From assembly GCF_004010195.1 (NCBI RefSeq), contig NC_057711.1, positions 77,784,925 to 77,841,720 of the forward strand: DNA of 56,796 nt. The letters are read 5' to 3'. Within the stretch, counting starts at the first letter, position 1. Each line of letters starts with the position of its first letter. Of the stretch, positions 26,001 through 39,022 are shown one piece after another. The position numbers and the translations under genes are program-made. The DNA comes from Chiloscyllium plagiosum. Taxonomy: Eukaryota. The notes below the pieces were generated by a model. The model worked only from the letters and a program-made list of their open reading frames with translations. It ran no database searches and was not told where the DNA came from.

Positions 26001-27770
26001 AGGAGAGGCAATGGCCTACTGATATTATGGCTGGACTGTTAATCCAAAGACCCAGGAAATGTCCTGGGGACCTGGGGAATCCTGCCCGGGCAGATGGTCG
26101 AATTTGAATCCAGTAAAAATCTAGCATTCCGAGTCGAATGATGACCATGAATGCATTGCTAATTGTTTGAAAAACCCATCTAGTTCACTATTGTATTTTA
26201 GGAGAGGAAACTGTCATCCTTACCTGATCTGGCCTTTGTGTGACTCCAGACCCCCACAAATCCCACTGCCACATCCAGTCATGAATGGTGATTGGCAGTT
26301 TAACAACTCACTGGACGAGGAGGCTCCAAAACTATTCCCATCCTCAATAATAGAAGAGCCCAACCCGTCAGAGCAAAAGATAAGGCTGAAACTTTTGCAG
26401 CAACATTCAGCCAGAAGTACCGAGTGGATGATACATCTCAGCCTCCTCCAGTGATCCCCAGTATTACAGATTCCAGTCTTCAGCCAGTTCGATTCAGTCC
26501 TAATAATATTAAGATAAGGTTGGAGGCACGGGATACTGCAAAGGCTACAGGCCCTGACAACATTGCGGCAATAGTATTGAAGAATGTGCTTCACAACTTG
26601 ATGCTCCCTTAGCCAAGCTGTTCTCGTACAGTTACAACACTGACATCTACCCGACAATGTGGAAAGTTGTCCAAGTTTGTCTCATACATACAAGGCAGGA
26701 CAAATTCAATTGCTATCCCATCAGTCTACCGTCAATCATCAGCAAAGTGGTGGTTGGTGTCATCAACAATACAATGAAGCAGCACCTGCTCAGCAATAAC
26801 CTGCTCAGTGATGCCCAGTTCGGGTTTCGCTGCTGACCTCATTACAGCCTTTGTTCAAGTATGGCGAAAAGAGCTAAGTGTGACATCAAGGAGCCTTAGC
26901 AAAATTGAAATCAGTGGATATTAGGGCAAACTCTCCACTGGTTAGAGTCATATCTGACACATAGGAAGATGGTCGTGGTTGTTGGATGTCAATCATTTCG
27001 GTTCCAGAACATCTCCGCAGGAGTTCCTCAGGGTACTGTTCTAATACCAACCATCTTCAGCTGCTTCATCAATGACCCCCCCAACCTCCCTTTTATAAAG
27101 TCAGAAGTGGGGATGTTCGTCAGTGATTGCGCAATGTTCAGAACCATTTGTGACACCTCAGACACTGATGTGGTCTGTGTCCAAAAGCAACAAGATCTGG
27201 ACAATATCCAGGCTTGGGCTGACAAGTGGCAAGTAACATTCATGTCACAGAAATGCCAGGCTCTGACTGTCACCAACAAGAGACAATCTAACCACCACCT
27301 CTTGACATTCAATAGTGTTACCATCACTGAATCCCCCAGTATCAACATCCTGGGTGTTTTCATTGATATGAACCTCACCTGGACTCACCACATAAACACC
27401 GTGACTACAAGAACAGGTCAGAGACTAATACTGCACCAAGTAACTCTCCTACCTTCGAGCCTGACCACCATGTACAAGTCACAAGTCGGGAGTGTGATGA
27501 GTGCAGCCCCAACAGCACTCAAGAAGCTTGACACTATCCAAGACAAAGCAGCGCGCTTGATTGGCACTGCATCTACAAACATCCACTCCCTCCTCCATTG
27601 ACGCTCAGTAGCAGCAGTGTGTACTATCTACAAGGTGCACTGCAAAAATTCACCAAAGATCCTTCGACAACATCTTCCAAACCGCAACCACTTTTGTCTG
27701 AAAGGACGAGGGCAGCAGATGTATGGGAACACCACCACCTTCAAGTTCTCCTCCAAGCCACTCACCATCA
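26001..27770 (+). mobile_element. CR1-group LINE RT fragment with an upstream SINE-like segment
   Basis: KATGPDNIAAIVLK and GVPQGTVLIPTIFSCFIND..QAWADKWQVTF. Segment 26001-26250 resembles 37210-37500. Confidence 0.75.
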
Positions 27771-28494
27771 TTTATCTCTAAGATTTCTGGAACTTTGGAA
27801 CATACTCTGCATTAGAAGGCAGTGGAGATGGGATCATTGCATATATTTAAGATGGAGGTAGACAGATTATAGTTAGGTAACAAAATGAAAGGATATTAGG
27901 GAGGAGATGTGGGATGGCAGTGTTTGAAACACACATTGATCAATCATGATTTTATCGAGTATTAGAACAGACTTGAAAAGTTGTCTGGCAAGTGGATTTC
28001 ATTGCAAGAGGAATTGGGTATAAAAGTACTGTTGCTTGTTGGAGCTGTCCCGGGTAGTATTTATTTCATATTGAAATTATTGTGAACAGTTTTGTTCTTG
28101 AAGCAGTTCAGAAGAGATGCACACACTCAACTGGGAGGCAGGGATCAATTCATATGAAGAGGTTAAACAGACTGGTCAACCCTTGCACTATATGCATGTT
28201 ACTCTTGGACTGCCTGGCAGTCTCCCATTGCTTACTTCCATTCTTGCCCCTAACTTGTGGTGTGACTAACTCTCTAACAATAGTGCAATGTTTAACCCTT
28301 TCCTAGCTCATTTATTAATGAGCCAGTTTGTACAAATACCTTTAGATCAATATCTTTTTAGATGGGATGCTCTTTGGACACAATTTTGAAATGAACAAAA
28401 TATTTTAAGATAAACTGAAATTCCCAATAGAGAATGAAGGTGGTTTTGCATATGTTGATTAAGTATCTAATGTAGTGTTTATTTTTTTGAATAG

Positions 28495-28630
28495 GTTTAA
28501 AGTTTATGGTGGACTTGCTTTACTTTCAGTTTGTATCTCAGACCAAAAACTGAAACGAGTTTTAGAGTTGATTGATAGTATTCCGAAACCAAAAAGTAAT
28601 ACACCATCGCCATCCATAAAATCCCATCAG
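28495..28630 (+). CDS. VPS13A: VPS13A coding exon (FKVYGGLALLSVCISDQKL...KSHQ)
   Basis: aatag| acceptor and CAG|gtaagc donor. 136 bp, phase 2 to 0. Not in the ORF track. Confidence 0.93.
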
Positions 28631-28920
28631 GTAAGCTTAAAACTTTGCATTTAAAGTAAAATATATGCAGAATGCTGTCTGATTATTAGTAGCTTCTTTG
28701 ATGTAGAAAGCAGGTTTTGCCAACAAACCATATAATATCGAATGTAATGCAAATTACTATTTTGGAATAATTTTAAATTAACATCCTTTTGTGAATTTCT
28801 CTGGGAAAAATAATTTTTCCAGAATTTATTTGGAAGGTAAATGTTTTGAAGTAAATTGGATACTATAATTAGAGTCTAGTTAATTTTCTCATTTGATATT
28901 TGAAATTTGTTTAGCCACAG

Positions 28921-29005
28921 AAAATATCACCTAATATGACACCACGGTCTGTTCAAAAAAGAGCTGTACAAAAGGACTTATACTCTTCTGTTCTGAGTAT
29001 GGCAG
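28921..29005 (+). CDS. VPS13A: VPS13A coding exon, poorly conserved linker (KISPNMTPRSVQK...LSMA); alternative in-frame acceptor at 28915
   Basis: ttagccacag| acceptor and G|gtaagg donor. 85 bp, phase 0 to 1, which is needed to keep the frame between the neighbouring exons. Confidence 0.78.
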
Positions 29006-31699
29006 GTAAGGTTTGCAAGAATATAGTAATAAAATACAAGCCCTTTTGCAACATCTCTACCTTCCAAGTAAGCACATGCCACTGTTCTATACACCACCTC
29101 ATTTTGCATCTGTCTTTTCTGGTACAGTGCATGCCACATTTTGACTTTCACAGTAAGAAGACATTTTAGCTGAATTTACTTTTAGTGCTGAATTTACTTT
29201 TAGTGCTAATCATTATTTCTTTCATTTTTATCATTTCACCCAGTTACATCCTTGATTGTCAGGAGTGTAATTTAAGTTTGCCCAGTTCCTTGCAATTAAA
29301 TTCCTTCACACCAGGTATGCTAGTGTATCAGGTACAGAGTAATCTTGCAAAGTCGGGTACCTAAAACAATGTGTGTTCTATATGGTGTTTGACCACATCT
29401 TTTATTTAACTCCTTTAGCTTTTATATTCAGCATCTTATGATAAAGCTCATTGTCCCAAAAGCATAAGTCAGTGTGCTAATGCAACTGGATTGCTTTGTT
29501 CATCCCATACATCAGTGTATGGGAAAACCTTTGCTCAGCTCCTACAACCCCCATAGTTAAATTTTTAAACTGTATTTCCTCCAGCAATTCCTGAATTGAC
29601 TCCAAAATAGAGAATGACTTTGCTACAAGTGAAAGTAGTTCTGCTCATTATTCTGCCCAAATATTTGATATTTTCTTTGCCCTTCTTAGCAATTTTTGTT
29701 CATTTTACATAATTGATTTTGTTCCTTCTTCTAAAATCATTTATGGATGCTTTGTGATGTTAACAGCTTCTATAATTGTTGTCGACTAATCCACAATTTT
29801 AAGTATTTTACAAACCTATCTTTACTGTTTACATAGTATCAGTTTTAAAAATTTCAGAGCATGAAAATAATCAAAGCTGATTTGAACAACAAAGAACCAA
29901 TGTGAATTGACAGTAAAACTGAAATGAACCAGTCAGTGAGTCACTGTTTGTTTTTGTGAAATATAATTACACCTAAGCTGAAACATGTTGCCTTTAAGGT
30001 TACTGCATTTTCACCTTTTGATTTCCACTTTCCTTGGGCTGAGGGCCAAAGTTTACTTCTGTTTGAACTGAAGTCTGCTTTTTACACACCCAGTATTTAT
30101 TTAATGGTAGTTATCCTAGTCACCAGACAAACTTGTGCTTTTGGCTCACTAGGCTTAACAAAATTCAATGTACTCTAGGAGTGATGCCACCAAGGATCTG
30201 TATAACTGTTGTAATAAGTTGCTAGTTCTACACTTGTATTCTCTTGCAAGAAACACCATATACTGTTTGCCTTCCTAACAGCTTGCTCTGCCTGCCTGTC
30301 TACTTCTATTGACTTATGTACAAGGGCACTAAGAAATGTTTGTACATCCGTCTTTCCCAATATGTTATCATTTAAATAGTGGCCTTCCGTTCCTTTTTGC
30401 ATCAAAATGTGTAAGTTCACATTTAGCTAATGTTGTAATTGCATTTACCATGTGTTTGCCCAATGACTCAACTTGACTAAATTACCTTGAAGCTTCTTTA
30501 CAACTCCTGATTGTGCCTAATTTTACGTTGTCAGCAACCTTGGCAATGTTGCATTGTGTTCCCCTTATTCAGGTTTTTTCCTGTCTTTGTCCAATCCCAT
30601 TAAAGAAACATACGGTAAGAGGCTATTTGTTGGTTGAGTTCGGAAGAAGAAATGTCATCCTATCAAGTGGGCAATTGTAGGAATCTCCGGACTGTAAGAG
30701 TTGATAGAAGTCTCAAGTCTATCAGTCCTGGAGGAAGTGTATGAGTCCTTCAGCATTCCAAGGAAAATGACTAGGAAAAGTAATTTTGAATAAAAAATTA
30801 AAGTTAAGACAGGACTGAAACTTCACTCGCATTGCGATTATTGTAAAGGAAATTGCTGGGAAAGATGTTTGAATCATTTTATAGTTTAAGGTGTTTCTAA
30901 ATTATCTTGCATTAAGTCCTTTTTCATTTTCATGTAATGAATTTGTGTTATTTTATTAAGGGAACATTGATAGCTTTATGTGAATGTGTTCATGCATTAG
31001 GGACTTAACAGCAAGGTAACCAAACTACAAAATTCAAACAAGACTTATCAAGACAGGTTTCTCTTTTAGGAAAATATGCCCTGTATGTCCAAATCTAGAT
31101 CATTAGCAACTCTTGAGTACCATCCTCTGGCAAACTTAATTGTAGAAGTCCAAACAGCAACTGCTCATCACCACTTTTAAAGTTTCTACTTCACTGACAA
31201 TCTATTTAGTGGTGCTTTATCAAATATACCTTTGGATGTTTTCAGAGTTCCTTTTCAAATTTTTAACCATTTCAACCTTGGTCTTCCTCTAGCTTAGTCT
31301 ATGACTACCCATCAACTACTTACTTTTGAAAGAAGGTATATGCTCCTAAAAATGAAATGTCTGAAAACTAGAATGTTTTGACAATATAACAGGATCAAGA
31401 TCAGCTTATGGTTAAATAACTTAGATGATCTCAGTTATTGTAGAAAACCTGTGTAAAGTTCAAACATGCTTTCTTACATATAGTAAATACCTGCATTCTC
31501 ATTAAAATTATATGCTTTGTTCTGTTCGTAGTTTTGGTTATTAACTTACATTTTATCATACTTTTGATATATGTCCTATTTTAGCCATTTGCTTTTCTGA
31601 AATGGAGTCTAATATTTCTTGCTTTACATTGTCAAAAATTATCTCTCTGTTGCTGATGATATTCTTCTTTTCTCATAACCAAGCCACAGTTTTTACTGT

Positions 31700-31948
31700 C
31701 TCCGTGAGTTTCCAGCGGATGCTCTGGTTTCCTCCCACAGTCCAAAGATATACGGGTTAGGTGGTTTAGCCATGCTAAATTGCTTTTGGCTTCTAACGGT
31801 GTGTAGGCTCAGTGGACTAACCATAGAAGGTGCAGGGTTACAGGGACAGGCTATGGGGTGTTTGTCTGGATGTAATGCTGTTTGGAGAGTCGGTGTGAAC
31901 TTGATGTGCTGAATGGCTTCTTCAATAGTGCAGGATTCTATGATTCTA
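31700..31948 (+). mobile_element. Degraded HE1-type SINE, 3' portion
   Basis: GGTTTCCTCCCACAGTCCAAAGAT..GCCATGCTAAATTGC..GGATTCTATGATTCTA tail. Confidence 0.75.
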
Positions 31949-32466
31949 ATATTGTAGCATTTAAGAGCTTTGTGTCATGTTTCATATCCCTTCTGAATAC
32001 ATTCTGTCCTCCTCGATGCACATACTCTCAAGGTTGGCCCCAGACCTGAATTTTTTTTCTTCCCCTAATTGACAGCTACATGGCACAGTCCTGTGTGGTA
32101 GGAGATTTCTAAAATTGTGCACTTACCGATTTTGTTATTCTTGGTTGGTCCATATTCCTTTCCACCATGGATAACGTGGATTTAGTGGAAATAACCTTTA
32201 CTGAGTTTATATATACATCATTTAAAAAAATCTATTCAAACTTGGGATCGCTGGAGGTGAGCTAGGAAATTTTAAACTAATCTTCAACTAAATGTTAAAA
32301 ATAGCTTTACTCTCAAACAGAATGAACTGAATTAGGTTTCTGAGAAGAAGGAAGTATTATTTATATCTGCATTTCTGTAAATAAAGATGCATTTTTTTCC
32401 ATGTAGCACATTTGTCTGTTTTAAAATTCCTTTTGTCAAATTTGTAACCAAATTTAACTTTCATAG

Positions 32467-32639
32467 ATTCAGATGATGAATTCTATGATGCTCCAAGCTC
32501 ACCTGTGGATGAAACACCATTTCTGCCAGCCAAAGCTGTTTCATTGCAAAGATCAGAAAGCATACGCAAGAAACAATTGAGAAAGCAAGAATCTATGAAA
32601 AATATGACTGACTTCCAACTGCAATTTGAAATAACAAAG
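32467..32639 (+). CDS. VPS13A: VPS13A coding exon containing the FFAT motif (DSDDEFYDAPSSP...FEITK)
   Basis: catag| acceptor and AAG|gtaatt donor. 173 bp, phase 1 to 0. EFYDAPS matches the VPS13A FFAT motif. Confidence 0.93.
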
Positions 32640-32740
32640 GTAATTATTTTCACTATTAAAAACATGCTTTTCCTTGATGTTGCCTGAAATTTTACTGATG
32701 TTGAATTAAGTTCTCATTTTGGAAAGCTTCATACTATATT

Positions 32741-33000
32741 TCAATTCCCGCCTCAGGCGACTGACTGTATGGAGTTTGCACGTTCTCCCCGTGTCTGCGT
32801 GGGTTTCCTCCGGGTGCTCCGGTTTCCTCCCACAATCCAAAAGATGTGCAGGTCAGGTGAATTGGCCATGCTAAATTGCCTGTAGTGTTAGGTTAGGGGT
32901 AAATGTAGGGGTAGGGGTATGGGTGGGTTGCGCTTCGGCGGGGCGGTGTGGACTTGTTGGGCCGAAGGGCCTGTTTCCACACTGTAAGTAATCTAATCTA
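32741..33000 (+). mobile_element. Young 5'-truncated HE1-type SINE with 8-bp TSD
   Basis: Starts in the B box (TTCAATTCCCG), has an intact V-domain and a TAATC-repeat tail. ATATTTCA at 32736-32743 and 33001-33008. Confidence 0.9.
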
Positions 33001-34139
33001 ATATTTCAGAACAATTTCATTAGTTTTGCTAAAATCTTTACAGGCCTTTTTAATTCTAACCCTAAAGTAAGATTTTTCAGATGACTAGATTTCCCACCTC
33101 GCTACCTGAAGAGTCAGAGGGAAATACATCCCTGCAGCCATTCACTTCTCTAAGTGCATTTAAAGGCTGGAGATCCATTTACATTTCTCACTCATGCAGA
33201 AAGCCTGTCTCAAAGGAGCCAGCCCATCCAATTGGCCAGCAGCTCTAGTCAGTAACAGTGGTGGCCAGGACTGGAAACGCAGAGTGACCAGATATAAGTC
33301 CCAGAATCTTGGAGCAGGCAAGTATGGGGTCTCATACAGGATGCAGGTGCATTGATGGAGAAATCAAAGGAATAAATGAACCCATGGGTGGAGATGTATG
33401 TGGCATGGAAAGGGGGCCCCTTTGAAGGAAGCCCCTTCATCCTATAGGCCCAATGTTTAACATCCAACTGGAAAATATAATTATTCAAAGAAACAAAAAT
33501 AATATCCCCATCTGAGATTCTGTATCAGTTATTGTTTCATGACCTTCCTGTGAAGTGTTTTGGGATATTTTTGTTAAATGAAAGGTTACGTACTAATACA
33601 AGTTGTTGTTTCAGGAAATGGTTACTGTGTAGTATTCACCTTTTATTTATCACCATGAGTGAGAGGCATGTAGTTGAAATTTTTTGACTTGCATTTATAA
33701 GGACTGCAACACAATAAAACCAATTATAAGCAGAAAATGACTATTTTACAAAATAAGGAAAGGGTTATGGATACAGCCAGTCCCTGCTCCATCCCTATGA
33801 TCAATTGGTGTCACCTTGCCAAGCTTGAATTTAACCAGTAAACTTTCTCAGTGCTAGCCATAGTCCAAGCAATCAGCACCAACGTTTCAAACTGCACAAG
33901 TTTTATGCTCTGCCATGAGTTGGTTTTCTTGCCTTTCAGTCCTAATAAGTGAAAAACAAAAAGCTTCATGTTCACATCTCTTAGCAAAGTTAATGTTCTG
34001 TATACGAAGAAATTAATTGTAGATTATCCTGAAACAGTTTGTTGCCAATTAACCATATTTTGGATAGATTAGTACTCTGACATAGATGACCTGCACTGTA
34101 TAAAAGTATGTTGGGATAACCTGCTTCAAATTTTGAATT

Positions 34140-34360
34140 GGAGACGCCGGTGTTGGACGGGGGTGTACAAAGTTAAAAATCACACAACACCAGATTATAG
34201 TCCAACAGGTTTAGTTGGAAGCACACTAGCTTTCGGACTATCGCTCCTTCATTAGGTGATAGTGGAGCCCTCCACTATCACCTGATGAAGGAGCGACGCT
34301 TCGAAAGCTAGTGTGCTTCCATTAAACCTGTTGGACTATAACCTGGAGTTGTGTGACTTT
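34140..34360 (-). mobile_element. Fold-back Penelope-like pLTR insertion (second subfamily) with 11-bp TSD
   Basis: Inverted arms centred on GTGGAG-CC-CTCCAC with the unpaired tail at left. TTCAAATTTTG at 34125-34135 and 34359-34369. Confidence 0.85.
34279..34313 (+). ncRNA. Minimal type I hammerhead ribozyme motif, sense to the VPS13A pre-mRNA
   Basis: CAC-CUGAUGA-A-GGAGC(GAC)GCUUC-GAAAG-CUA/GUG: stem I CAC/GUG, 5-bp stem II with one G-U pair, palindromic AGCU stem III. Confidence 0.72.
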
Positions 34361-35137
34361 CAAATTTTGGAGCTTGTGAAAGTAATTATTCATACAATGT
34401 ACTATTACTGACAAGGGCTCTATTTATTGTCTATGAATGTGATACCTGTCAAAGTGTTGTAGGTAAATACAGTACCGCTAGGAAGGGCATTCCAGGATTT
34501 TAACCTAATATCAAGGAAAGTTGCCAAGATGCTGCAATACAACCAAAGAGTATATGCCTGTCACTGAATTGTTGAGTGAAAGAATGTCAATGGTGGTGAA
34601 TGGCATGTTGATCAGAGCTGCTTTGGCTTGGGTGGTGTCAAGCTTATTGAATAGTTGGAGTTGCAGTCAAATAGGAAAATGAAGAAAATTTCACCACGCT
34701 TCTAACTTGTACCTTCTAAAATGGTATTGCTTTGGGCGAGTCTGATATGAGTTACTTATCTCAGAAATCTCTGCTTCTGGTTTGCTTTTGTGGCCATGCT
34801 ACTTATATGATTAGTCTAGTTAGCCTTTGACAACGGTAACACTCAACATATTGATGGTGCAGCATTGAGCAGTAGAAATGCAATTGCATGTCAAAGGGTG
34901 GTGGTTAGATTTACTTGCATTAGAATTGGTCATTGCCTAGCTTTTGTGTGGTATGAATGTCATTCGCCCCTATCAAGCCTGAATGACTCTTCAGATACTG
35001 AAGCAGTCTGTGAATGATGCTGAACAGTGTATAATCATCCATGGGCATCTCCACTCCTTATGATGGAAATGGCGCTATTAATGAATCAGCTGAAGATGAT
35101 TGGGTCTAGGACACTACACTTATTGATTTAGGACACG

Positions 35138-35345
35138 TGTGGCACAATGGTAGGTGCCTATCATTGGGCCAGGAGGCCTGGGTTCAAGGACCAACTGCTC
35201 CAGCAGTGTCATAGTATCTCTGAACAGGTTGACTAGGAAATATCTACACTTGCTGATTGTGGCACAGTGGTAGGCCTGGCTTTAAGTCCTAGCTGCTCCC
35301 GAGGCATAAAGTAACAGCATCTCTGAACAGTTGGATAGAAATGTC
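35138..35345 (+). mobile_element. Two tandem copies of a short tRNA-derived SINE-like repeat
   Basis: GTGGCACAATGGTAGG..CTGAACAGGTTGA and GTGGCACAGTGGTAGG..CTGAACAGTTGGA, homologous to 17348-17455. Confidence 0.6.
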
Positions 35346-36614
35346 TTTGCTCCTTGATTAGGTTTGTCCTCCTGGGAGCATGATCAACCTTTTATATCAA
35401 ATATCTTTTTGTCATGTGCAAGAGTAATTTTTTTGGGGGAAAAAAAGCTTGAATAGAACCACCAAAAACAGTTACATGCTACAAATTATGGTCACAGGGT
35501 ACATTTTGTAAAATACCATTGACTGTTGGAATTAATGATTATGATGAAGTGAAAGCACTTTCTTTTTATATGTTGCTCACAATATTAGAGTAATGTGGTA
35601 CAAAAGGATGCCTTTCAGCCAGTGAGGTTAGGTCATCTGTTTGATATCTAGGCTTGATTCCTTGTTCTGTACCCATGGAAGGTTTCTTGTATCTTCTGGA
35701 GTCTACATATGCACAGGACAATGTGAAAAGCTAGAATTTCATACCAGTGCTGTTGTGGAGGGTGTGTTATGAAGGGTGTACATGACAGGCCAGTGACCAG
35801 GTCCTGGGCTTTAGGTAGCACCATCGGAGATTTCTGTGGCTGCTGTGTACAAAGGATTTGACCTAATCTCACCCCATGATACCATAATTAATGGGAAGTC
35901 TTTGAACGAAGAACAAAATCCATTCTTGTGCTGTCAGTCTTGTAAAATAAATTGAAACTAAAGTTGTATCTTATTGAGTGAAGTATATTTAGGTTTTTAA
36001 TGCATTCTAACTTTATAATTGATGTTTAACAGCTTCACAAATCTCTGGAAAGCAAATTCTGTATTTGTGGATGGTCTTTTTTTTTCCATGATTTTTTTTT
36101 GGAAAAGTAACTTTTTTTCCCACAGATTTGTTCATCTTTGAATGAAGGCAGAATCTAAAATAATCAAAACAATTTATTTAATAGTTTGAAAATTTTATAT
36201 TGAAATTGAAGGACTGTGTACTTTTAGCTTCCTGGTTTGCTCTGTTCAATGTGATTGGTTGGTTACCCTGTTGTTGCCATCACTTTTGGTGACTTGGTGA
36301 CAGTCAGGATGGGGAGATGTTCACTACCATGGTTATTAGTAACCGTGAGCAGCTTTTTAATGGTCATCAGTCATCTTCATTTGTTTCCCTGCTAACTGCA
36401 AAATCTGGGTGATTTATTAAACATTTGCACATTTGAATTCTGTCATGTAAAATATTATTGGCTGCACAATAGTGTAAGTTAAAGTTGACATAAAACCTAA
36501 AAGCATTTAAAAAAGACTCAAAATTGTGCTAATAGATCCAGCTCATTTATTATATTGAATTTTTAACTTAAAATGTGCTTATTGCTAATTTTATTATTTC
36601 AATGACATGTCTAG

Positions 36615-36771
36615 ATATCACTGGGAATCTATCGTTATGTAGAGGATACTGAAATCCCTGTATTAGAACTGGAAATAGTCGGACTTGGCACAGAGCTTAA
36701 AATCAGAACATACGATATGACTTCACACACATTTCTGAAAGAAATCAGTTTAAAATGCCCTGAGCAGACAG
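36615..36771 (+). CDS. VPS13A: VPS13A coding exon (ISLGIYRYVEDTEIPVLELEIVGLGTELKIRTYDM...KCPEQT)
   Basis: ctag| acceptor and G|gtaaga donor. 157 bp, phase 0 to 1. Not in the ORF track. Confidence 0.93.
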
Positions 36772-37848
36772 GTAAGAGGAAAAAGACTTCCGAAGTTGTT
36801 CAATGTTATAATTGTTTTATGCATTGAAAGCTTTTCTAAAAAGGTAGTACCAAATGATACCTATGAATATCCAGATTCCAAAAAAAATACTCAATTTTGT
36901 GTCCATAACTTTCATTGTGGCAATAAAACTTAAATAATTTATAACACTTCTCTAATTTCCAGATTGCTGCATTACATTTAGTCTTGAATGGCCATTTAAA
37001 TTGTGGCCTGTGATCTGTTCATTTCACAAGTGGAGCAGTATTAATTTTCATGATTGGTGCAATAATGTGTCATACTGAGATGCATGCCAGAAATTAGTGA
37101 TGTACTTGTGAAATAAAGTACATCAATTTAATATGATAAGGTTTCAACATGGATAATGTAAGTATGTCCAATGTCAGTTTTCCACATCAGTTACAGCAAC
37201 AAATAATGGGGAAAGGTGGTGGCATAGTTTTATTATCACTGAACTAGTAACCCAGGCTAAAGCACTGGGAATATTTCAAATCTTGTCACCATATCAGGTG
37301 GTGAAATTTAACTTCAACTTTTAAATCTGGAATGTAAAAAAAAACTATTTGTCTTATAATTGTTGTAAAATCCTTTCTACTTTGTTAATGCCCTATAAGG
37401 AAGGAAAATCCATCCTCCCCACCTGATCTGGTCTGTATGTGATTCCAGTTTCACAACATGGGGCTAACTTTTTTAAATGCCTGAAATGACTGAACAAACA
37501 TTTTGTTCAACAAGTTGAATCTGGCTGCTACAAAGTCTCAAAACAATGAAATTGGATGGACAATTCAGCATTGACTTAAGACAGCAACGCTATACAGCTT
37601 TGTTAACCTTGCAAAGTCATCCTTTCCAACATCTAGTAGCTATGTGAAAATTGGAAGAGCTGACCCACAGATTAGACCAGCCATAGCCTGACCGAGTCAT
37701 ACTTAAGATTATAATTATGTCTTATAGAAATTATCTCCGATACCACCATCACCAGAGGTAGCAGGAGGGATTTGGCATGTAAGATCTCAACATTGATTCC
37801 GGACCCCATGATATCAAAACAGGAAAGGAAACCTCATGCTGTTTAAAT

Positions 37849-38050
37849 GGAGGTGCCAGTGTTGGAATGGGGTGGACAAAGTCAGAAGCCACATGACACC
37901 AGGTTATGATCCAGCAGGCCTACTTGAAATCACAAGCTTTCAAAGCACAGCTCCTTTGTCAGGTCACCTTACGAAGGAGCAGTGCTCCGAAAGCTTATGA
38001 TTTCAAATAAACCTGTTGGACTATAAACTAGTGTCATCTGATTTCTGACA
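37849..38050 (-). mobile_element. Older fold-back Penelope-like pLTR insertion (third subfamily) inside a decayed LINE
   Basis: Diverged inverted arms centred on AGGT-C-ACCT. TSD-like TCATGCTGTTTA/TCATGCTGATTA at 37834-37845 and 38051-38062. Confidence 0.8.
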
Positions 38051-38888
38051 TCATGCTGATTACCACCTACCTTAGCTGCATGGTACTTAGACTTCAGACC
38101 TCAGTAAGGGGTCTCGGTAACATCCCCACAACTGAGATTAGGCTGAGTCCTAAAGAACACAACTGCTGTACTGGGTCTATTCCCTGTGGTGAAGGGAAAA
38201 GTGGACTTGACTGCACCCACGTCATATGTGCCTGTAGCAAATGCATTTTGTCCGTGACAGTATTGTAGGAGTGACCACTGCACAATCCTGCCTTCACTTT
38301 GAGGATACCCACCATTGTCTTGTGTGGTACTGCTAGTATACTGACTGGGATAGATTATGAACAGATCCAGCAACTCAAAACTGCACAACTGAGCTACAAT
38401 GGGCAACTATCAACAACAGAATCATAAGACTCAGCACACGCTCCACTCTAGACAACTGGTTCAATAAAAACTGTGAAAGGTATGCTGAGGACAGCACTGA
38501 GCGTATGTACAAATTGTCAATATGGTAAGGCTACTAAACAGGATTACTTGCATACCAATCAGTGTAAGCAGCATGTGCTAGACAACTAAGCAACTCCACA
38601 ACCAATGGATCAAATGGTTCACAGCCCTGCTACATGCAGTCATTAGTGATGATTAACAAGTATTTGTTGTAATTTAATTTACCCATTTTTCCACCCTTTC
38701 CACAGCCTATGTCCCTTTTGAAGTCAATTACTATCCTCCAGATTTTGTATCAACTGCACATTTTAAAATGGCACTAACGGTCCTCTATACCAAGTCTAGG
38801 CCATTAATATGTCATAAGAAATGCAAAGGTGCTATCGCAGACCTATGGGAAAACCCTGTCCTTACACGTCTTCTGTCTAGGTAAACAC

Positions 38889-39022
38889 CGGTCCTGATGA
38901 AGGATTATGCCCAAAGCATCGACTCTCTTGCTCCTCAGAATGGTGCCTGACCTGCTGTGCCTTTTCCAGTGCCACACTTTATTGACTCTGACTCTCCAGC
39001 ATCTGCAGTTATCACGATCTCC
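38889..39022 (+). mobile_element. Solo Penelope-like pLTR with tail and 7-bp TSD
   Basis: Begins 5 nt before CTGATGA and ends ..CCAGCATCTGCAGTTATCACGATCTCC. TAAACAC at 38882-38888 and 39023-39029. Confidence 0.75.

Noticed and set aside
29169..29207. 18-bp tandem duplication
   Set aside because: Ordinary local slippage with no sign of function.
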